Source of the DNA: Oikopleura dioica
Lineage: Eukaryota > Animalia > Chordata
NCBI GenBank assembly: GCA_907165135.1
Contig: OU015566.1
Coordinates: 2,108,001-2,172,000 of the forward strand
DNA: 64,000 bases
Reading direction: 5' to 3'
Shown here piece by piece: positions 13,001 through 23,849 of the stretch (positions are counted from its first letter, which is position 1; each line of letters opens with the position of its first letter). The notes beneath the pieces were generated by a model. The model was not told where the DNA came from. It did no database searches and was given only the letters and a program-made list of their open reading frames with translations. Made by a program: the position numbers and the translations under genes.

Positions 13001-13393
13001 GATGAAGACTGCCGAATCCATCATTCTCTTCCTCCAAGGACAAGGCCATTTCCCAGCGCTGTCAATTCTTCAAATGAGTCAGAAACGAGCACGAGCGGTC
13101 AAATCGCAGGCTGAGATCTTTGGTAAGTTTCAAACTAGGGCGTCAATCTTCAGTAGAGCCCCTTGTATTTTAACACTCTCAATCCATCACCATTTCGAAA
13201 AGAAAAATCAATTGATTCGCCATTCCACCTTCGGAATACTTATTGATACCCAGCGTGCGCTCTCTGGCTAATTACAGGCATCTTCAGAGTACCCACCGCC
13301 TTGGATCTCATTTTTAGTCCAGACGGCTCATCCTCTTACTTTTTTATTTCAGATGTGAATCCCAACGCGGCTCAGCAACAACTCTCCGTCTGA
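10098..13393 (+). CDS. NDRG: NDRG family protein (alpha/beta-hydrolase fold), multi-exon
   Basis: Motifs 'FLTMHDIGL', 'FCVVHIGIPG', 'YPSLDQMAEM', 'FGVGVGANVLLRF', 'PTLLLVGDASP' and 'KMQDAGSMILEQQPMKTAESIILFLQGQG'. Confidence 0.9.
11422..11546. mobile_element. Small intronic MITE with ~35-bp imperfect TIRs containing CTGAGTCAGG
   Basis: aaacctgtgttgaagcctaagtcaggtcctg pairs with caggacctgactcagttttctacacaggttt. Related arms at ~4836-4900, ~6220-6250, ~6680-6730 and ~14381-14410. Confidence 0.65.
11586..11775 (-). CDS. Possible terminal exon of an unknown nested gene inside an NDRG intron
   Basis: TTTAG acceptor, then 62 open codons with host-like codon bias (LGELKCAQFTVNTFFNNNRDFKTRK...WFGFK*). 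The stop overlaps AATAAA. The upstream exon was not identified. Confidence 0.35.
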
Positions 13394-14957
13394 AGAGAAA
13401 ATCTTGAACAATATGATAAAAAAATGCCGATGCAAAATAAAGACTGTAACCTCTCTCTCTTTCTTCATCTCTTATTTTACTACTATCACACTGAAAAAAC
13501 TCGAGAAAATATGATTGCAACTATGATTACAAATAACGAACACGAGAAATGAGATAAAAAATGTAAAAAAAAATTCAAAAGCTAGGTTGTTTTTTCCTTC
13601 AAAATAAGAAATGAGAGATTTTTCTTATAGAAAAAATATATCTTCCTGTATTTTAAATCTTTCTAAAACCTAGAAAGATCGAAATTTTTCGAAATTTTCA
13701 AGAGCATTTTTGGCGATAAATTTTCCATTCCTTTTTTGAAGAAAAAAATTTGCTACATTATCAACATTTCTCTTAATAATTCCATAAGTTCTTATCCGCT
13801 AAAAACTTATTCCACCGTACTGATCAACTCTTTTTCCTCCTCTTTCGTCCCCTTATTTAAACCATGTGCTATCCTACTCTCTTCAATTTATTTATTACAT
13901 AATAAATTTGGGGCCGAGAAAAACCTATCTTTCTGAAATTCGAAAAGAACACCTTCGTGTTTACTACTTCTTTCAATTATCAAAGTACAATTTCAAAAAT
14001 TGCCTCTTTCGAATAAACTAAAATAACTTGTGTGAATGTTTTCCTTGCCAAATCCTATAAATCGACCAGAATCTGGCCTGTCCACCATTAATTCTTGAGC
14101 CATCTGCTCGCCCTTGCGTTTTTTGGCGGAAAAGGAGCAAATATGAAATTAAACTTCCTAATCCGATCATCTGCCAGACTTCAGATCGATATGATCATCC
14201 CGCATGTGTACCTTTTTTCGCATAGTCGATATTGAGTTTATATCAGAAATCGACTTTTTTCGTCGGAAGATTGGCCTTCTTTGAGTTTTATTTTTGATTT
14301 ATTTTTATAATAAATTTTCGTCATTATCAAAAACTTAGCGAAAACAAGATTCAGAATCTTACTTCAATTTTGGTCTCGGCAACCTGTAAAGAAAACTGAG
14401 TCAGGGCTGTTATTCTTGTACTCTTTGAACCTTTAGGACTCAGACTCACGTTTATTCATAGACTGATGAGGCTAGCTCCTATTTTCATTCATGATTTGGA
14501 TATTAACACTGTCGTAAATACCGGCTTATTTTGATATATTTTCCCGAGAGGTCAAAAACAATCTTTTCAAAATGAGTTGACCCTGGCTGAGAATTCTTAC
14601 AGACAAGTTTTTTTCGCGGCAAAAATTTTCCCGGCAAAAGGCATCAAGCTCGGCCAGGTGTTTTTGAAGATCGATATCGTCCTGATAGGTTTTTTTCGTA
14701 AGGGTCGGACCACTTCTGCGCCACATGGCGTCCCCGATTTTTGCGTCTTTTTTCCTTATTGCCTAGCTGTAGCCCCCTTAGTTCATCCCCTTATCGAGCG
14801 CTGGACTCAGTAGCGCCTCGGAAGAGATAGAAAGAGCGGCAGTGTTTTTAGTACTGCAGCGTTTGGAGTTACAGTTGCTAAAAGAAAATTGTTACAGCGG
14901 GAATAAAAAACAACTTTTAATTAAGAGAGTTTAAGAATTGAATAAAAGAAAGTGTTG

Positions 14958-17900
14958 ATGAAATCGAGCAAAGATGGGGCCGAGTATGGTGGGACAAGTC
15001 CGCAGCGAGAAAGGTACAGTAACACCGATCATCCTTACAAATATTTTGATGATCTTAGAATCAAGATTTTGAGTTTTATCCGAGGACAATTTTCCTTACC
15101 GCAATTTTCCTGTTCGTAACAAAACAGCGCGTTTCAAATAATAAGAGAAAATATTCGTTTTGAGAAGCAAGCATGTTTCCAAAAAGGGAGCTCTATAAAA
15201 TCAGGATCTTTATCAATTTTCGATCCCCATAAAAACCCTCCTCGTTCGGGATAAACCCATAAAATCAACCCAAAGATCATCATCAAAATAACCGAATTTC
15301 ATGCGACTCATTTTGTAAATTTCAGACCCGCAGTTCGCCACATTCTACCTGCCACGCTTCCAAGTTCGCATCTTCAAACTGCGCAAACTGCCGGCTTCGT
15401 GATTTGCCCGACGCAGATCACGAGGATCATTAAGAGCGAAAAGCAGGAGCTAGACCTGAGCTCGAGTTTCTCGGGAAGATCCGATTGTTCGCCGGAGAAA
15501 GCGAGGCCCAGGCAACGATGGACAAGCAACGAAGATACGAAACTAATGGCGCTTGTGAAAAGCGCTGGAAATGACGAGGTAAGACCTTTTTCAAGCAGTT
15601 TTACAAAGTTGAAATGATTGAAATTCTTTTGATTCTTATCCCTTGCTATCAAAAAGATCATCACTGCTGATGTCCCTCTCAGCAGGAGTCGATTTATATT
15701 TGCCTTCTTTTTTGCAAATTCGCGGCTCCCCGCCGAGCGCCGCAAGCAAATATAATATAGCAGTATACAGTAGCCTGCAGTGCTACTGAAACGCGGCTAC
15801 AAGCTCGAGCTGCTTTATGTGTCACGTGATCAATAAAGTAATTTCTCAGGCGATCGGGTGGAACGAGATTTCCGAGAAGCTGCCAGGGCGCACCGATGTT
15901 CAATGCCGCGCCAGGTGGAAGAATCACCTCCAGCCCGACCTTATCAAAGGGCCCTGGACCAAGGAGGAAGACGATCTGTAAGTTGAAAAAGTAGAAGCTT
16001 TTATTAACTTATTTTCTAGCGTCGTCGAGCTTGTCAAGAAACATGGACCCCGAAAATGGGCCTTTATCGCCAAACATCTAAAAGGTAGCAACACTTTTAT
16101 AATTTTATTTCAATGACTATCGAATGACCAAAATGAAACCCAAAATTTAATTGAATTTCAGGCCGCATCGGGAAGCAATGCCGCGAGCGATGGCACAACC
16201 ACCTGAATCCGGAAATAGACAAGTCTGACTGGACTATTGAAGAAGACTGGATTATCCACGAGGCGAGAAAGAAAGTGGGAAACAAGTGGGCTGAGATCGC
16301 CAAGCTTTTCAAGGGACGCACCGACAACGCGATCAAAAATCACTGGAACTCGAGCTTGCGAAGACGCGTTGAAAAACAAGGTAAGAATGAGCTTCTTTTC
16401 AATATTTCTCAGTTCTCATTTTAGAATATCTGGCAGGAGATTGTCCGGACAGCGTGAAAGAAACTATCGAGAAGCTGGGCCAACAAAACGGGGCGAACAT
16501 GAGCTTCAATAGCAACTCTTCCCATTCTCACAGTCGCAGTAAAATGGGTCGTTTGAGGTACTGTTACTTTCAACTGAAATTGTCTTTCCTTGATTACAAT
16601 CGTTTGAGGAAAAACCGATCGTGAACGTTCTCTTTTTAGCTTCAGCCACGAATCGTACCACCGTTCTCGTTCGATGAGCGAAACACACTCAACAGCTCAC
16701 TCCCTCAGCTCCACTTCCATCAAGCTCGAGCCAATCAATGTCGGTAACAACTCTAGCTACGGACAAATGGATACTTCTTGCTGGAGTATGAATAGCATCT
16801 CTGGATTTGGCAGTAGCATGAGCGGACTCCCACCTAAGCGGCCTTGTTTCGAGCCTGGCGTCTACCGCCCCTTCAACTATATGCCCACGACACCGACCAA
16901 GTCCCCCGTCAAATTTGACCGCCTTCATTCGTAAGAACAAACCCTCTTTTCCGTTTTTAAAACTCCCTTCAGTGGTGGAACGAGAGTTATTCTCAATGGA
17001 CAGCGTCGAGGACAAGAAATGCTCAATTTTCGCGACCTTGTTGCTCCTCCTTCGGCCGACACGACTCTGATCGGTCGCGAAACGCCCATCAGAGCTACTG
17101 ATTCGCACGAGATCGACCTGAACCAGACTGCGAATCAAGAAAATGAGCATCCAGAAAACACCGTCCGCCCAGAGCCGAGTCACTCCGTGAAAAGCTTGCT
17201 CGTCCAGGAGCTGGAAAAAACGCAGAATTTGACTCTTCCAGGTGGAAATACGTCGACGCTGAACAGGACGCCGACGCAATCTCCTCTCAAGTAAGCGCCA
17301 TAAAGCTAAAACTTTACTCTAGCGTTTTTATAATTAAGTTGTTTCTACGCTAAAAAGAATCATAATCATCCAATCTTTGCTGCCTCCTTTTTGAGGCCCT
17401 TTTGCCTAATGTCTAATCTCATCCTTTCAGGACGCTTTTGTCTCCATCACGTTTTCTTAACGGTCCTCCCCTCTCTTCTTCAACCCCTCGCCATTTGCGC
17501 TCTCCTCGAAAGCGCCTAGAAGAGCTGGAGAAAGAAAACATCGATGGCTCGAGCACGCCCCGCGTCAATCCTTCCGAACGACCAATGTCCAAGCGCGATT
17601 TGCTGAATTTGACGCCGAAACGAAGTGTTCCCTTCGTTCCACGAACGCCTACTCCCTTCAAGGTATGATTTTAGAAGCAATTTGTGAATTAATTTGAATT
17701 CTAGAGAGCAATGGCAGCGCAGGAAAAGCGACATGGGAAGTTGAACAGAACAGGAGATGTCAGTGTCGAAGATCTCTCCGAGGTAAAACTGGTCAAAAAT
17801 GGATTGAAATTGACGATTATGTTTTAAGGTCCTCTCCTTCATCGACTCCCCAAGACGCTCCGTCGCCGGTACTTCTCGAAGCTACATTGAGCTCTTGCCA

Positions 17901-18365
17901 AATCCCCGAAAGCGCGTGAGAAAAGCCCTCCAACTCGACGACGATGGATACTCATCCTTCTCCGGCGGCGCCGCTTCCGATCGCTTCCGATCTGCTTCGA
18001 TAAACTCCTCCACCGCGCCGCTTTGGAAAAATGCGCAGAGCAGTTTGAATAGTTGCGTCGCCAAGGATTTTGAGCGAGAGCAGCTTGAAGCGAAGAATAA
18101 CGATGTTACCGAGGTGGTGAAAATTGAAGCGGCGACGACGGAAACGCCTTCTTCCGATGATTTTTTCATCAAAAACGAACCGGTAAGTTGATAATCAAAT
18201 GGACAGATGCCTCAAGTTCTGAGGATACTGTACCAAATCTTCCCTTGCCAAATCTAACAGCATCTTCAGAGCCCTGACAGTTGGAACGCCATCGCCACCG
18301 GTTCCAGTCAAACCCAGCAAAGTCTGACAGCAGACGCAGAAGCCTACCTCAAGATGTTCAACTAA
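14958..18365 (+). CDS. MYBL2-like: Three-repeat MYB transcription factor (B-Myb/c-Myb-like)
   Basis: R1-R3 repeats: '[10 protein letters not shown]', '[30 protein letters not shown]' and '[29 protein letters not shown]...[15 protein letters not shown]'. Conserved 'RTPTPFK' and C-terminal '[17 protein letters not shown]'. Start codon tentative. Confidence 0.9.
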
Positions 18366-20110
18366 ACTCAAGGCCTCCAGCGTCAAAAAGTAAAACCCTA
18401 ACTTTATATTCACTTCAGTTTCTTTATCTTCCCTATTCTTTTATCAGCTTCACCTATCCAATTACTGTTACATTCGCATTTTCCAAATTCTCAACATTTC
18501 ACGCTTTCATTTCACATTCCGTTATTTCACTACTATTCCACGCCTTCTGAATTGAAGGTCAAAATAGCTCTTTTTTCTGTAAATTTTGTACAAAAATGTT
18601 TCCTTATATTTTAAGTACAAGGTTTTTCAAATCATCAAAGAACAACTTTCTGCACACCGCTTTTTTGGACCATTTCGTTCAATTTTCGGTCCAAAACTGG
18701 GTCCGTTTTGACCCTTTTTCACGTTCTCCTGCCAAAACGAAGACGACGAATAAAAAATTCATATTCAAAAAGGATTTCATCAATTTTTTCAACCAAGGGA
18801 AGGCTGAGAGAATGATGATAAGAGTTTTTTTTATGCATTATAGCAGATTTTTTCGTCATGTAAAAATTCCATAGAATATAATTTGACTTTGCGTCAGACC
18901 AGAAAATTGAGGTCGGTCGCAAAAGGTCGAATTTTGAAGCTTGCAAAATACACATCCGCAAAAAGTATCGTCCAGGGCAGCTAGGTGGTCGAGAAGCAAA
19001 TAAATGATCAGCAACGAGATGATGATAAGAGCTAAAAAGGATGATTTTCTTTCAAAATTTTAATTTTTTTACTGGTGGTAGTGTAGCCCCAGGAATCCTG
19101 CTGAAATTTTCGGCCCCATCTTTGCCAGGCATTCAGAGCTTCTGGTTCTTCAACCTGATGATAAACGTCGTTTTTAGTTCAAGAGGTGGACGAACCTGCT
19201 CAGTCGCGTGCTTTTGAATGTTCAAAAGAGCTTCTTCATCCCATTCCAGAGGTTTTGTCAGAATCTCTTCTTTTCGCTTCCCAGCTTGTTTTGCGGCTCA
19301 TTTGAGTTTAAAGATTATTTAATTGTTCAAATTGAAGATATCTTTTATTATTTTTAAGCGAGTCTTATTGAGTCTTTACTTGACTGAAGATCTGCTTACA
19401 TTCGAATAATTTGAATGTGATTTCTTCAATAATTTTCTCTTGTCTTTAACCATTGTTCTTACCCTTCTGTTGGCTCTAGAATTATTTTGAACTCAATTCC
19501 TCCGACGAGCGCGCCAGCTCCAATTCTCGGCATTGTTTGTGATTTGCAATTCTGAGAAGCTTGAAAATCTTTTTTCTTCTTCCCCGAGCCAGCTCCTTGT
19601 TGACGGCTCATTAATGCTAATTGCGCATTTGTGTTCTTCATGTTACCCCAGATGGATCGAATGTAGAAGACTTTTTGATGGATTCCAATTTAATAATTTA
19701 CCCATAGCAAATTTATATAAACGCGAAAAATATTCAACTTTCACTGGAGCAATTATTCCGAATAATATATTTGCTTTCATCGAACTTGAAAAAAAAGTTC
19801 ATTTGTGGATGTCGAAAACTTTCGTCAGACAAAATTTCCTCTTATACGAGAAAAATTATCCGAGATAAGCGCGCACTAGAAAACGCTGGAATGGGGCGCT
19901 TAGCCTTTCTTGAGACGTACTCATCTTCTGAAATCCTCGAAGAAGGATTTTCGGATTAAATCTGACGAAATCAGCGGCTTCTGACTATAAAAAGAGCGTC
20001 GAAAAGTCCGGAAGGCAGTATTATCTGAAGTTATAATATCCTAGGTAAAGCGAAACCTTTTTAAAAAGACCAAAACTTTACTCAATTTTAGACCACCCTC
20101 TATCACGACC

Positions 20111-20503
20111 ATGAAGCTCTTGAACGCCTTCCTCATCGCCGCTGTCTCTGCCCGACATTGCGCTCGATCCTTCTCCGGCAATCCAGCCCTCGCTGGTACC
20201 TTCGTCGAGGCCCAGAATGCCTACCTCGCTTCCCTCGAAGAGGGCGAAGCTGAGGAGCAGGAGGAGCCAATGAAGAAGAAGAACAAGAACAAGAAGGAAC
20301 TCCGAAAGGCTGAAAAGAAGGAGAACCGACAGGAAAACCGAAAGGAGAACCGACAAGAAGAGCGACAAGAAGAGCGAAAGGAAAAGCGACAGGAGGAGCG
20401 AAAGAACAAGAAGAACAACAGGGACGGTGACAAGAAGGAGAAGAAGAACAACAGGAATGGAGAGAAGAACAAGAACAAGAAGGGCAAGAACAAGAAGAAC
20501 TAA
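20111..20503 (+). CDS. Small secreted, highly charged Lys/Asn/Glu/Arg low-complexity protein (single coding exon)
   Basis: Signal-peptide-like 'MKLLNAFLIAAVSA'. TATAAAA at ~19986, a 5'-UTR intron at ~20045-20091, and AATAAA at ~20573. Confidence 0.75.
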   Translation: MKLLNAFLIAAVSARHCARSFSGNPALAGTFVEAQNAYLASLEEGEAEEQEEPMKKKNKNKKELRKAEKKENRQENRKENRQEERQEERKEKRQEERKNKKNNRDGDKKEKKNNRNGEKNKNKKGKNKKN

Positions 20504-20986
20504 ATTTTCTCTTGCAATTTGAGTTCAATTCTAACGGCTGATTTCTGTAAAACTTTATTATCCTTGATTTCAATAAATTCACTTATGCATCAAAATACGG
20601 CTGAAATTCGCGATTCTCCCGTAATACCGTATTGTGAAAAGAAAAATCGACGGATGTTCTCGCGAAAGCGGAAATTATTGGTACCGTAACGTTCCGAAAG
20701 AACAAGGATAAAAACATGATGGAAAAGATAAAGATGATGTCTTGATAAGATTTTCTCGCGAATTAGCAAATTTATTTATCAGTGTGGCGCTCTTCGCAAG
20801 CATTATAAATTTGATCATCAAGTGTATTGATTTATCAGTCAACTTGAGAAAAATTTGAAAAATAATATTTTCTGAAATTGACACTTGATATGAGGATTTC
20901 CAAAATTTTTTTCTCTGTTTGTCTTTTAGGTATGTAGCGATTCTTTTCTCAATTATTTCATTATTATTTTTTCAGCAAAAGAAATA

Positions 20987-21990
20987 ATGTCATCGCCAAA
21001 TTCTCGCGCTTCCTACAAATTGAAAATTGAAGACCAAAGAATGTGCGATGAGGAATTCATTTACACTTGCTCTGACGGTGAAAATGAAGAAGTTTGCGGC
21101 GAGTGGGTATGCACAGATGGAGCCTTGGAGTTTTCTACTTGCACAGTCGTTTTTGATAAGAATCAAGAAAAAAGTTTTGAAAATGTTGAAAGGAAAGTGG
21201 CTTGAAAATGACTTTTACTTAAATTTTACTGTAATTTTCAATTTTGTTCTAAAATTAAAAATTAATGTATCAGAAATTCTCTGACCTTTAATTATTTGGT
21301 AAGCCAGAAAAAGAACTTGCAAATGTCATATTGATGTTGGTCCTTTCAAAGTTTTCACTGGCTGCAAATGGATCAGGTTTGTTATTCAGTGTGGTCTCAA
21401 TAATTTTTATGAAACTCTGATCAATAAGTTATTGAGAATAAGGGTAGTTCTTTCAGATCGCTGAATACAGAAGAAAAGCCCGAAAAAGAATCAAGAAAAT
21501 CAACCACGAGCGTTTCAACAACGAGTTCTACGAAAACAACAACAACAACGTCAACACCACAAATAACAACAACGATTGCAACAACTTTTTCTTCTTCGAC
21601 TGAAAAATCGCAGTCGACTCAAGAAAGAAACGAGAACTCTGTTCAATCAAATCATCAAGGTCAACCAATGCTTCTCGATGTAGTCAACAGCGAGGATTCA
21701 AACTGGAAAGAAATGCAAAAGAAAAATTTTATCGAAGAACAAGCAGAAGAAATCGAAGAAAGGAGGTCCTATCCAATCAAGAGAGAAAAAAACTCTCGTA
21801 TTGGAAAATTAAAAACAGCAGAGACCACGATTCCAAGAAGAATAATTCAAAAAGGTGCGATAAAAAATTCGTTCACTGCATTTCATTGTATTTTTAGATG
21901 GAACTTATGTCCACGCTTTTGAGTTTATGCAGCATTTACAACAAATGATGTTTATGAATGGTCTGTTTCAGCGTGTTTTAAAAGATTAGG
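20987..21990 (+). CDS. Orphan Cys-rich + Thr-rich (mucin-like) protein; boundaries uncertain
   Basis: Cys-rich ORF 20987-21205 and an open Thr/Ser-rich frame at ~21460-21890 (STTSVSTTSSTKTTTTTSTPQITTT). The splicing is not fully resolved. Confidence 0.4.
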
Positions 21991-22244
21991 AAAACCTATC
22001 TTGATGCTTTTCTGTATATACAATAAAATTTAAAAAATCAGATTATTTTATTTATTCCATTTTGTTCTTAGAAGCTTATCACGCCATCGAGATAAGATAT
22101 TCTTCTGAATTGATATTTCAAAATATTCAATTGAATTTGACTTTTGAATTTGGCATTTTATCTTGTCCCGATGACAGCCAAATTCATTTTTATTCAATTT
22201 GATAGCGGTTTTACGTTGACAAGGACAGAGTGCTTTTTTGGAAA

Positions 22245-23673
22245 ATGAAGATTTTCAGGTATTAACCCGCTGCAGAGATCCTTTTTTTATAGTCATTTTC
22301 ATCAATCGCTGAGATAAATATCTTTTATATATCTCCCTGGTATATCTATCTGAGAAAGCCTATCGCCTTATTTGGTTTTTCGAAAAATGTTGATTGCATA
22401 TAAAAAATTTTAAGGCTTGTTGCATCTGCTGCTACTGTGAGCGCTCTTGACTGTTTCGATGGAAACAACGGCGGATGTTCCCATCTTTGCACAAGCGGCG
22501 GTTGCGAATGTCCCGAATGCTGGGAGCTAGGTCAGTTTTCAGAAGGAGCGATATTTTAAATAAATTGAAATTAAGATGAGTTCGACTCCTTCAACTGCAA
22601 AATCCAAGCAGGAATGGCGACTGTGACATGTTCGTCGACGGGAACAGAAATTCTTCTCAATAAATGCGTTGCTCCCGATGTTGAGCCCGATAAAATTAAC
22701 CTGAATGAACCAGCTTGCCATGCAGTTGACTTCGATGATGAACACTATAGAATCGCTACTCCATCTGCAACATCATGTGGAGCTATGCTCCATGAAACGG
22801 AGGGTGTCCTTCATTATGGTAATTTTTTAAATATCGGAGGAAAAACAGTTAATGGAATCGTCCTTGGGAGACCATCATCGTCTTTCTATAGCTGTTCATT
22901 CAACACAACAACAACGGTGACATCGGCTTACTCTTCAAGCTAAGATTACAAATTTCATTTCATTCAAAAAGTTGCTTAGTAGATTTAAAAACGAGGGAAA
23001 AATCGTGAAAAAATATTTTGAAATTTTTCAAAGCAATAATCCTGTTCACACCAGTTTCAACCTCGGCGATGTGATTGACGATTCAATCGTCATTGATTAT
23101 AATATTCGGTTCGCTTCTGGTCCCGAAATTTTCTGGGAGGATAATTTGTTTAATGAGGCAGAAGAATTCTCCGTTGGAGCTCCAATCTACGCAAAGACAA
23201 GTGATATTTTTTTTCAGAATTAAATTGTTTTATTCGATCAATTTATTCAAATGTATCTGTCTCTTGCTGATTAATATATCACTGGTTAGATTTCATTCTC
23301 AGAGTATATCACGGATTTCGGAATGAAGGTTAAGAGCTGCGTGATTTTTGATAGCGCAAACCAAGATTTGAAAATCGACCTTATCGAGGATTTTTGCCCG
23401 AACGACCTCGGACTAGACTTCCACTGGGGTGCCACTAACGGTAATCATGTGAACTTTATGTACACCAGTTTTGCCTTCCCCGATAGCAGCGCCGACGCAA
23501 CGATGATCGTCGAATGTGATGTGAGTATTTCTATTTAATAAAAATCTTAATGCGATTTAAATATAATAAGTTTTATCTAGGTCGAACTTTGCAACGACGA
23601 AGTGTGCGAGCAAGGCTGTCCATTGATTCCAACATCCGATTCAGATTCGGAAATGGATGTATTGGGATCTTAG
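22245..23673 (+). CDS. Secreted EGF-like + ZP-domain protein
   Basis: Signal MKIFR|LVASAATVSA, EGF-like 'CFDGNNGGCSHLC..CECP.C', ZP-N 'VTCS...C...SCG...FYSCSF' and ZP-C 'VKSC...LIEDFCP...FAFP...VECDVELC'. One internal splice site is unresolved. Confidence 0.75.
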
Positions 23674-23849
23674 ATTCGTTAGGCTTAGTCAAGATGAAAT
23701 AAGTTCACTTCAACATCGAAGAATACATCGACATTAATCCTATCTATTGTTTTTTTTTGAAAATAAAAGAAAAAAATACAATGCACAGCAAATATTTCAC
23801 CATTTCTTTATTTAACAGTTTAAATCATGTACTACAAAAATTAACTGAA

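Noticed and set aside
19080-19960. Exon-like fragments on the minus strand
   Set aside because: I could not assemble a consistent spliced frame or recognise a product. The same applies to ~47990-48560 and ~60260-61260.
20078-20582. Minus-strand hydrophobic or Cys-rich ORFs (20078-20368, 20133-20582, 20221-20493)
   Set aside because: These are antisense shadows of the purine-rich + strand gene.
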